Virus record (IMG/VR): IMGVR_UViG_3300047160_011942
Span: 1 to 60,296 of that record
Length of the DNA stretch: 60,296 nt
Strand: one strand, 5' to 3'
From: a virus
Below the pieces are notes generated by a model, which had not been told where the DNA came from, did not search any database, and saw only the letters and a program-made list of their open reading frames with translations. Of this stretch, positions 16,026 through 22,953 are shown one piece after another (within the stretch, counting starts at the first letter, position 1; every line of letters begins with the position of its first letter). The position numbers and the translations under genes are program-made.

Positions 16026-16513
16026 GCGCCTATGCCAAAGTCAAAGAATGGAGAGCGGCCAACAAAGAGAAAGTCGCAGCTCAGGCTCGTCGGTATCGCG
16101 CCAAACACTCCGAACGGATAAGAGAAATTCGTAAACGGTATCGAGAACGTAGCCGGGAGGAACGCTTGCCTCGTGAAGCTGAACTGAAACGCGCACAACG
16201 CGTTCGAGACCCTGAGGGTGAACAACGCCGACAACGGGAGTTCAAAGCGCGTCAGCGAGCCCTGAAGGTTGAGACCGCAGGTCGACCGCGCCCAGTGTTG
16301 TGTGAGATCTGCACAACTGATACCATCGGACGCGTTGTATTTGACCACGATCATGCGACCGGTCAGTTTCGCGGTTGGATTTGCGATCGATGCAACAAAG
16401 TGCTGGGGCTCATGAAAGACTCACCCTCTCTGCTCCGTGCGCTTGCAACCTACTTGGAGAACTGCCATGGCCAAGATGAAAGCAGCGACTCGCAACAAGC
16501 TCCCGGCGTCTGA
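16022..16513 (+). CDS. Recombination endonuclease VII-type HNH endonuclease (free-standing, homing-like)
   Basis: CEIC...VFDHDHATGQFRGWICDRCNKVLG (Endo VII signature). By eye AT-richer than its flanks. Confidence 0.8.
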   Translation: MSAYAKVKEWRAANKEKVAAQARRYRAKHSERIREIRKRYRERSREERLPREAELKRAQRVRDPEGEQRRQREFKARQRALKVETAGRPRPVLCEICTTDTIGRVVFDHDHATGQFRGWICDRCNKVLGLMKDSPSLLRALATYLENCHGQDESSDSQQAPGV

Positions 16514-16673
16514 ATTTGCCCTTCCCGGGACGCGCAAGTATCCGGTCAACGATGCATCTCACGCCCGCAATGCCAAGGCTCGTGCCAGCGAGATGGCGAA
16601 CAAGGGCAAGATCTCCAAGAGCACCGAGGCCAAGATCGACGCCAAGGCCGACAAGAAGCTGGGCAAGAAGTAA
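16467..16673 (+). CDS. Small basic protein (SEFALPGTRKYPVNDASHARNA motif family)
   Basis: ATG with GGAGA SD. Motif recalled from a conserved small phage/bacterial family. Confidence 0.5.
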   Translation: MAKMKAATRNKLPASEFALPGTRKYPVNDASHARNAKARASEMANKGKISKSTEAKIDAKADKKLGKK

Positions 16674-16677
16674 CGCC

Positions 16678-16842
16678 ATGCCGCTCGACAAGTCCGGCTC
16701 CAAGGCGAGCGTGGGGAAGAACATCAAGACGGAGATGGCGGCGGGCAAGCCCCAGCGCCAAGCCGTTGCGATCGCACTGAGCACCCAGCGGCGCGCTCAG
16801 GGCAAGCCCGAGAAACCGCCGCGCACCAAAGGCAAGAAATGA
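16678..16842 (+). CDS. Small basic protein
   Basis: 54-aa ORF, QAVAIALSTQRR motif. Tightly spaced between its neighbours. Confidence 0.4.
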   Translation: MPLDKSGSKASVGKNIKTEMAAGKPQRQAVAIALSTQRRAQGKPEKPPRTKGKK

Positions 16843-17171
16843 AAAGGTTCCTCTACACCGTCTTCGCGGCCCTGATAGTGGCCGCCACCGTCGGCTGCGC
16901 CAGCATGTCGCTCGATGAGCAGCTCGCCACGGCCGAGCTGCAGGTCAACGGCATGGTCCGCTCGGTTGCCGCGGCCCGCCAGGACCAGACCATCCCGCAA
17001 GCCGACGGCCTGAAGTTCGCAAGCTATGCCCGGCAGGCCACGGACGCGATCCACGCGGCGCGAGACGCCGAGCGTTCGGGCGACTTGACCACGGCGCAAG
17101 GCAAGCTCGCGGTCGTCACGTCGCTGCTATCCAAGCTCTCGGCGTACCTCGTCGAGAACAACATCAAGTAG
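16839..17171 (+). CDS. Putative lipoprotein, helical
   Basis: Signal peptide MKRFLYTVFAALIVAATVG-C (lipobox-like) followed by a helical Ala/Gln-rich body. Confidence 0.55.
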   Translation: MKRFLYTVFAALIVAATVGCASMSLDEQLATAELQVNGMVRSVAAARQDQTIPQADGLKFASYARQATDAIHAARDAERSGDLTTAQGKLAVVTSLLSKLSAYLVENNIK

Positions 17172-17223
17172 CGACGCATCACCCACCCTGTGCGTTTTCA
17201 GCGCACGTTCCTAGGAGACCCGC

Positions 17224-17430
17224 ATGGATACCGCACAAGCAGCAGTCGCAGCCGGCGAGCTGCTCAACGCCGCCGTCAACGCGCTGGGCCAGTACCAAGC
17301 CGCGCAGGCGATCATCGCGAAGGCGCAGGCCGAAGGCCGCACTTCGCTGACCGACGCCGAGTGGGCCGGGATCGACGCGGACAACGCGACGGCCCTGAGC
17401 GCGCTCGACCAAGCCAACCTGAAGCCATGA
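17224..17430 (+). CDS. Hypothetical small protein
   Basis: ATG after GGAGA. Ala-rich and helical. Confidence 0.45.
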   Translation: MDTAQAAVAAGELLNAAVNALGQYQAAQAIIAKAQAEGRTSLTDAEWAGIDADNATALSALDQANLKP

Positions 17431-17618
17431 ACTTCGACATCGGACCCAACCTGCTATCCCTCATCGGCACGGTCGCTGGCGTGATCGTGCTCTGGATCAA
17501 GACCAGCCGCGACCACAGCGCCACGGCCGCCAACGTCGATGCCTTGCACGACAAGGTGGACGCGATGGTGCCGCCCGCACCGGTGTCGACGAGCACCGGC
17601 ACCACGTCATCGTCGTGA
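17427..17618 (+). CDS. Small single-TM membrane protein
   Basis: ATGA-coupled. LLSLIGTVAGVIVLWI TM segment. Confidence 0.45.
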   Translation: MNFDIGPNLLSLIGTVAGVIVLWIKTSRDHSATAANVDALHDKVDAMVPPAPVSTSTGTTSSS

Positions 17619-17636
17619 CATGACCCAAGCGTCGAC

Positions 17637-17999
17637 TTGCGGTCGGCGCTTCTCGGAGGACCCGTGGACAATGAAGTCTTCCTGAAAGGCATCGACCGCT
17701 TGACCAAGCGCGAAGACGCCACTACCGAGCGATGGCTCGCCCTCTTTGAACGACTGGAGAAACTGATGAGTACCGTATCCGATGCCCTGGCCGCCGCCGT
17801 GGCCGCCAACTCGCAACTCGTGCAGACCAACGCCACGCTGGCGGCTTCGGTCGTGCAGCTCGCGCAAGGCGAAGGCACGCCCGACAGCGTGCTGCAGCCG
17901 ATCCTGGACACCCAGACCGCGAACAACACGCTGCTCGCCCAGACCAACGACACGCTGCAGGCCGCCCTGCCGCCTGCGCCACCCCCGCCGGCGCAGTGA
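17637..17999 (+). CDS. Hypothetical coiled-coil protein (start uncertain)
   Basis: TTG-start ORF with repeated Q/T/N-A-x-L heptad-like sequence. Followed directly by a terminator. Confidence 0.4.
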   Translation: MRSALLGGPVDNEVFLKGIDRLTKREDATTERWLALFERLEKLMSTVSDALAAAVAANSQLVQTNATLAASVVQLAQGEGTPDSVLQPILDTQTANNTLLAQTNDTLQAALPPAPPPPAQ

Positions 18000-18017
18000 T
18001 GGCGCCGGAATGAAGAG

Positions 18018-18044
18018 CGCCGCCCGAGGGCGGCGTTTTCGTTT
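18018..18044 (+). terminator. Rho-independent terminator
   Basis: cgccgccc-ga-gggcggcg hairpin followed by TTTTCGTTT. Confidence 0.6.
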
Positions 18045-18112
18045 GCACGGCCTCGGAACCTGTGCCAGAATCGCCCCCACTATGAAGTCCGCGCGACCCC
18101 GACCGACTACCT

Positions 18113-18190
18113 CTGGGTGTAATGTCAGCCCGGTAGACGGCCGCGCTTGGAACGCGGAGGCCGCAGGTTCGAATCCTGCCACCCAGACCA
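18113..18190 (+). tRNA. tRNA-Pro (anticodon UGG), CCA encoded
   Basis: Acceptor ctgggtg/cacccag. Anticodon arm ccgcg-cTTGGaa-cgcgg (TGG at 18148-18150). T arm gcagg-ttcgaat-cctgc. By hand the D arm needs a 3-nt connector. Confidence 0.7.
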
Positions 18191-18219
18191 GTTCACGATC
18201 ACGATATTGACGCCTCACC

Positions 18220-18303
18220 GGGGCGTTATACCGCTATGGACACGGGCCGGGCTGTAACCCCGGCGCTTCGGCAGTCTAGGTTCGATTCCTAGGCGCCCCA
18301 CCA
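18220..18303 (+). tRNA. tRNA-Tyr (anticodon GUA), long variable arm, CCA encoded
   Basis: Acceptor ggggcgt/gcgcccc. Anticodon arm ccggg-ctGTAac-cccgg. Variable arm cgcttcggcagt. T arm ctagg-ttcgatt-cctag. Confidence 0.7.
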
Positions 18304-18310
18304 GTTCAAC

Positions 18311-18396
18311 GGATCGTGCCGAGCAGGGCTCAAAACTGTTTCGAAAGCAGCGGCGGTCAGAGATGGCCGATGGTTCGATTCCTTCACGATCCGCCA
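18311..18396 (+). tRNA. tRNA-Ser (anticodon CGA), long variable arm, CCA encoded
   Basis: Acceptor ggatcgt/acgatcc. Anticodon loop ttCGAaa on a 4-bp stem. 17-nt variable region. T arm gatgg-ttcgatt-ccttc with one mismatch. Confidence 0.6.
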
Positions 18397-18402
18397 ATCA
18401 CC

Positions 18403-18493
18403 GGGCTTGTGGCCGAGGGGCCGAAGGCAACGGGTTGCTAACCCGTAGGGTCGTTTCGCGGCCCCGCACGTTCGAATCGTGTCAAGCCCGCCA
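18403..18493 (+). tRNA. tRNA-Ser (anticodon GCU), long variable arm, CCA encoded
   Basis: Acceptor gggcttg/caagccc. D arm gcc...ggc. Anticodon arm acggg-ttGCTaa-cccgt. Long variable arm. T arm gcacg-ttcgaat-cgtgt. Confidence 0.75.
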
Positions 18494-18498
18494 GAATG

Positions 18499-18529
18499 AA
18501 AAACGCCGCCCTCGGGCGGCGTTTGCGTT
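18499..18529. terminator. Bidirectional rho-independent terminator between converging units
   Basis: AAAAA-cgccgccc-tc-gggcggcg-TTTGCGTT. Same stem as 18018-18035 with the loop inverted. Confidence 0.6.
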
Positions 18530-18627
18530 ACATGACGGTGGGCGGATGGAAGATCGGCATCGCGGCGCTCCTTGTTGAAAGAAGCTTCACTGTAGCAGTT
18601 GCTACAGGCCGCGTATGCAAGGAAATC

Positions 18628-18771
18628 TCACTTCTTTTTCATGCCTTTTTCAGCGATCTTCATCGGCAGCCCGTGCTTCTTGTCCATCTTCACGTCCTTG
18701 GGCGAGCCCTGCTTGATATTGTTCTTCTTGTCGTAGGCTTTGTCCTGCTTCTCGGTCATCGTCTTGGCCAT
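18628..18771 (-). CDS. 47-aa lysine-rich small protein (below the ORF-track cutoff)
   Basis: ATG 18771 with GGAGA SD. MAKTMTEKQDKAYDKKNNIKQGSPKDVKMDKKHGLPMKIAEKGMKKK*. Last gene before the terminator. Confidence 0.45.
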   Translation of the reverse strand: MAKTMTEKQDKAYDKKNNIKQGSPKDVKMDKKHGLPMKIAEKGMKKK

Positions 18772-18785
18772 AGCGGTCTCCGATC

Positions 18786-19250
18786 TCATTGCCAGTCGCC
18801 ACTGGCCAGTTGCCGCGACATGCGGCTAGCGCGCCCTGGCGTTTGGCGCGCCCATTTCGAGTCGAGCATCGCTGCGGCCGCGTCGTCCCAGTGACCGTCG
18901 CGTGCAGAAGCGAGCATGTGCTGGAACTCGAGCAGCCCGTCGATGCCCATCTGGAACGCCATGCCCACCAGCACGCACTGCCGCGCGTTGGCCGGATTAA
19001 AGGTGCCGGAGGGGTCGAGCTGACCAAACCACGGCGCGAGCTGCAGCACGCAGCCCGCCATCGCGCGCGTCGCGTCCTTGTTGTAGGCGTCATCGATCCG
19101 CTCGTCCGTCCACACGGTGTCCGGCCCGACGTCAGGCCCGGTGTAGCCGATGCCGATTGTCCAGGGCTCGCCGTGCGTGAGCGGGTCCGGGTACGCGCGG
19201 TACTTGCGACCTTCCTCGAAGGTCAGCATCGACTTCAGATCGTGGGCCAT
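18786..19250 (-). CDS. Endolysin, GH24 (T4-type) lysozyme
   Basis: FEEGRKYRAYPDPLTHGEPWTIGIGYT matches the E...D...T-I-G-x-G catalytic region. No N-terminal TM/SAR. Confidence 0.85.
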   Translation of the reverse strand: MAHDLKSMLTFEEGRKYRAYPDPLTHGEPWTIGIGYTGPDVGPDTVWTDERIDDAYNKDATRAMAGCVLQLAPWFGQLDPSGTFNPANARQCVLVGMAFQMGIDGLLEFQHMLASARDGHWDDAAAAMLDSKWARQTPGRASRMSRQLASGDWQ

Positions 19251-19525
19251 TTGAAGTGCCTCCGTTCTTCGCGCGGCCGCACATCGTAGCGGCCGCGCAG
19301 GTAGGTGCCGAACACGCTCACGCCCAAGAGCGCCGCGCCGATGACGACGATGCGAAACGCTCGTGCGAGCAGCGAGTAGTCGTCCAGGGCTGCGGCGCAG
19401 CCCGCTGCGATCAGCGTCAAGCCCAGCGTGGCCAGCACGCCCGTGCGCACGCGGTGCGACACGATGCCCCACAGACACAGCAAGATGACGACGATCAGGA
19501 ACACGTCGATGGCACACGGCTTCAT
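19235..19525 (-). CDS. Holin/antiholin-like membrane protein (3 TM)
   Basis: Three hydrophobic spans (AIDVFLIVVILLCLWGIV, VLATLGLTLIAAGCAAAL, IVVIGAALLGVSVFGTYL) and a basic C-terminus. Overlaps the endolysin start. Confidence 0.6.
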   Translation of the reverse strand: MKPCAIDVFLIVVILLCLWGIVSHRVRTGVLATLGLTLIAAGCAAALDDYSLLARAFRIVVIGAALLGVSVFGTYLRGRYDVRPREERRHFKWPTI

Positions 19526-19842
19526 GGTGAGTCCTTCTTGCGCAGCCAGCCCGTCAGGATCGCCCCAAACTGGACCTGCCGCACGCCGTCCATGACGGCG
19601 GCGAAGGCCACGAGCCCGCCGGCACCACACGCAAACACGATCGCCGAGGCGATGCGCACGGAATCCACGTGCAGATAGTCCACCAGCGCCGGGCCAGCGA
19701 AGATCGCCAGCAAGAACCCCAGCAGCAAGTTCGCTACCCGCTCGAGCAGCGTCGTTCCTGGGATGGCCTTCAACCCCAGCAGCGCGCCGGCAAAGGATGC
19801 CACGTAGGGGTTTCCGATCCATCCATCGTTCGGGGGGTTCAT
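19522..19842 (-). CDS. Holin-like membrane protein
   Basis: ATGA-coupled to the next membrane gene. Several TM spans and a charged C-terminus (WLRKKDSP). Confidence 0.6.
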   Translation of the reverse strand: MNPPNDGWIGNPYVASFAGALLGLKAIPGTTLLERVANLLLGFLLAIFAGPALVDYLHVDSVRIASAIVFACGAGGLVAFAAVMDGVRQVQFGAILTGWLRKKDSP

Positions 19843-22800
19843 GGCTTGGGTTCCTGGTCGTCCGCCTCGGCCCCCTTCGCCGCGGCATTGTTGTGGAAGC
19901 GCCCATCCGACCCTCTCGGATGGTGTACCTCGAACCGCGCGCGTGCCGCGGCGTCGACTACGGCATCCGCGGGTTGTCCGCGTTGCCCAGCCCCTGCACC
20001 GGCTTGACTTTGTTGACCAGCGGCTTCGTGGGCTGCGCCACCTTGGCTGCGGGCTTGAGCACCGCCTTGGGCGCTGCCGGTGGTTTCACCTGTTGCACCT
20101 GCGTTGCCTTCTGCACCGCCGGCTGCTTGGCCACCAGCGGCTTGATCGGCTTTGCTGGGACCGCGGATGACCCAGCGCCCGTTTTCGAGGACGGGCCGGT
20201 CGACCCGTTCTGCGCCACCGACGCCGACGGCTTGAGCGCCCGGGCCGCTTTCAGCAGCACCGATCCCTTGGGTTGCATGATGCTCTCCTAGTTGAACCTC
20301 GCGCAGCCGCTTGGCCACGTCAGGGGTGTAGTGCCGCCCGGCGAGAATCGCCTCGGTGGCTGCTGCATCGACATCATCGGCCGCGCGGATCTGGTGCAGC
20401 TGCTCCACGTGCTCCTGGCCCAGCCCGAATTGTCGCAGCACCTCGTCGGTGTTGACGTAGGTCGCCTGCCCCGTCGGGATCGGCTTGGCTGGCGCCGCGG
20501 GCGTGAGGTCAGGCTGCCCCTCGGTGGCCGTGCCCGTGGGCAGCGGCTTGGTGGGCGCGGCCGCGCCGGCGATGGGGGGCTGGCCCTCCTTCACCTCGCC
20601 CACGGGCGGGCGCTCGGGCGGGTCGAGCAGGTCGGCGCGGTTCATCAGCTCCTGCCGCGTCGTGGGGTCAGCCATGCCCATGGCGGCGGTACGGATCTCG
20701 TCGGCCGCAGCCTTGGCCTTCTCCGTCGTCTCGCGGTTCTTGGCATCCTTCAGCACGCGCGCATGTGACTTCTCGAGCGCGTCCCGCACGATGGGCGACT
20801 GCGTACCCTGCAACGCGGCGTGGATCTCGTCGGCCTTGGCCTGCTCGTCGGGGGTGAGCTTCGGGCCGGGCTTTGGCGCCGGAGCGGGCGCGGCAGGCGC
20901 CGGTGCGCTCTGTTGCTGGCGGGCTTCGACCGCGCCCGGCGTGTGCATGGCAGCGTTCGACGCTTCGTCGGCCGCCACTTCGTGGGGCGCGCCCGTCACC
21001 ATGGCATCCGGCAGATCCGGGCGGCCGGGCACAGCGGGAATCTGGGAGCCGGCGCCGCGCGCCACCGCACCCAGTTCCTCGCCGCCCGGTGGACCGTTCG
21101 GCTGCACGCGGCGCTGGTTCTCGAGGAACGCGTCCAGCGCGTCCACGCCTTCGGGCTTCGGCGCCCCGCCCGCGCCGGGTGCCGTCTCCCAGTCGGGCGT
21201 GAGGTCGCCCAGCGGCCCGGGGCCGGGTGCGGCCGGCGCGCCTGCAGTCGGCGCATCGTAGGGCCGTAGCATGAGTTCGGGCTCGGCAGCGGGCGCTGCG
21301 GCAGGGGCGCCGCCGATCATCCGCTGCGTGGCTCGGCCGCCCACGGCGTTGTAGGCGCGGCTGGCCGCCACGCGCCCCAGCGCCGTGGCGCCGGCCGTGT
21401 GCGCGCCCGCGAGCAGGTCGACCGCGCCGAGACCTGCCACCTGCGCCACGCTGTGCGTCAGGTCGTGGGGCGGCGAGGCGATCAGCTTGCCGACCTTGGC
21501 GAGATCGCCGATCGGGCCGCCGTTGTCCAGCGCCATGAAGCGCTTGCCCACCTGCGTGCGGTTCACGATGTCGATGAGCCGGCCGGGCTGGATGAGACCG
21601 TCGACCGACTTGCCCACGTCGCCGGACTTCACCAGCATCATGCCGTAGGCATACCCCCGATTGAAGTTCTGGTACTGCTGCCGCTGCGCGGCATCAGGGA
21701 TGGCGTTCTCCGCGACCTCCTGCACCGCGTCTTGCAAATCGCTGAGCCGACTCACGACGTTCGAGTTGCCGCTGCTGCGCAGATCCTCGTTAATCGCCGT
21801 GTTCCAGTCGCGGAAATACGAGCCATCGATCGTGCCGTCGGCGTTGATGTGGTCCTGCAGGTCCTGCACGTAGTTCGGGATGACGCGCTCGGCGCCATCC
21901 ACGCCTTTGGCCGCGGCTTCCTTGGCAAGCGGCCCGGCCACCGCCATGACGTCCTCGGCGGGCAACTGCACGCCCGCCATGATCTTGGCCGCGCCCTCGC
22001 CGTTCGTCTTCATCATCTGCGACAACGCCGTGGACGTCATGCGTGTGGCGCTGGACGTGGGGTCGATCACGTGGATGAGATTCTGGTTGAAGGCCAGTGT
22101 GTTCTGGTGGTCGATCGCCGTCGCACCCCCTCCGGCCGCCTGCCCGACATTGCTGGCGACGGTCTTCGCCGCGCCTTCAGGCAGCACGCGATCTGGCGGG
22201 ATCGTCATCTTGTGCGGGAACTGATCAGCTAGCGCCGCGGTGGCGGCGAGCCCCTCGTCAGGCTTCGGAAGCACCTTGGCGAGGCCCGCGGCCGCGGTGT
22301 CCGCCACCGCATTGCCTGCAGCCTTTGCCGCCGGCGCGACCTTCGCTGCTACGCGTCCAGCGGCCTGCGCCGCGGGCGCCGCAGCTGCCGACAGTGCATC
22401 GCCGCCCGCCTGCATCGCCGGCTCCATGCCGGGAAGACCCGCAGGGAACAGCCCGCTGATGGCGGGGAGCCACTTCTTGATGGGCTCGCTCTCGGCGATC
22501 TGCTGCGTGTAGTCCTCGCCGGTGGGCGTCGACTTGATCGACAGACCGGGGAACGGTCCAGCGCCTTCGGCCAGCGCGCGATTGACCGCGCTTCCTGCTT
22601 GATTGAAGCCTTCCTCTGCGGTCTGCGAGGGGTTGACCATACCCGTGGCACCCGGCGGCAGTGGGCCCGGCGTCAGCGCCACGTTCATGTTGTGGGCGAT
22701 ACCCTGCACGAAGCCAGCAGCGCCACCGGCAAGCGCCGGAAACGACGACAGGATTCCTCGAGCGGTGTTCAACCCGGCTTCGACCGCGCCATGGATCTTC

Positions 22801-22952
22801 TGCCCCAGCGACGGTTCCTGGTAGTGGGGCTGAGCGGCGATCTGCGCAGCCGAGCCGGGCACGCCAGCTTCGCGCGGGTCGACGACCGGCGCAGGAGGGT
22901 CCGGCACGAACCGGCCGGCGCTGGGCGAGGGGGCGTCTGGGATGAACGGCAT
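19839..22952 (-). CDS. Giant virion-associated protein (1037 aa), low-complexity Ala/Pro/Gly/Gln-rich; putative internal/ejection protein
   Basis: Start ATG 22952, one nt after the upstream stop. Long PAAPAPAP and AG-rich tracts. Position between the tail genes and the lysis cassette. Confidence 0.65.
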   Translation of the reverse strand: MPFIPDAPSPSAGRFVPDPPAPVVDPREAGVPGSAAQIAAQPHYQEPSLGQKIHGAVEAGLNTARGILSSFPALAGGAAGFVQGIAHNMNVALTPGPLPPGATGMVNPSQTAEEGFNQAGSAVNRALAEGAGPFPGLSIKSTPTGEDYTQQIAESEPIKKWLPAISGLFPAGLPGMEPAMQAGGDALSAAAAPAAQAAGRVAAKVAPAAKAAGNAVADTAAAGLAKVLPKPDEGLAATAALADQFPHKMTIPPDRVLPEGAAKTVASNVGQAAGGGATAIDHQNTLAFNQNLIHVIDPTSSATRMTSTALSQMMKTNGEGAAKIMAGVQLPAEDVMAVAGPLAKEAAAKGVDGAERVIPNYVQDLQDHINADGTIDGSYFRDWNTAINEDLRSSGNSNVVSRLSDLQDAVQEVAENAIPDAAQRQQYQNFNRGYAYGMMLVKSGDVGKSVDGLIQPGRLIDIVNRTQVGKRFMALDNGGPIGDLAKVGKLIASPPHDLTHSVAQVAGLGAVDLLAGAHTAGATALGRVAASRAYNAVGGRATQRMIGGAPAAAPAAEPELMLRPYDAPTAGAPAAPGPGPLGDLTPDWETAPGAGGAPKPEGVDALDAFLENQRRVQPNGPPGGEELGAVARGAGSQIPAVPGRPDLPDAMVTGAPHEVAADEASNAAMHTPGAVEARQQQSAPAPAAPAPAPKPGPKLTPDEQAKADEIHAALQGTQSPIVRDALEKSHARVLKDAKNRETTEKAKAAADEIRTAAMGMADPTTRQELMNRADLLDPPERPPVGEVKEGQPPIAGAAAPTKPLPTGTATEGQPDLTPAAPAKPIPTGQATYVNTDEVLRQFGLGQEHVEQLHQIRAADDVDAAATEAILAGRHYTPDVAKRLREVQLGEHHATQGIGAAESGPGAQAVGVGGAERVDRPVLENGRWVIRGPSKADQAAGGQAAGGAEGNAGATGETTGSAQGGAQARSQGGAAHEAAGQQSQAGAGAGQRGQPADAVVDAAARARFEVHHPRGSDGRFHNNAAAKGAEADDQEPKP

Positions 22953-22953
22953 G

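Noticed and set aside
18045-18112. A dedicated promoter for the tRNA cassette (TTGCAC ... AGAATC / TATGAA).
   Set aside because: No combination gave acceptable -35/-10 spacing and sequence, so expression may depend on read-through of the 18018 terminator.
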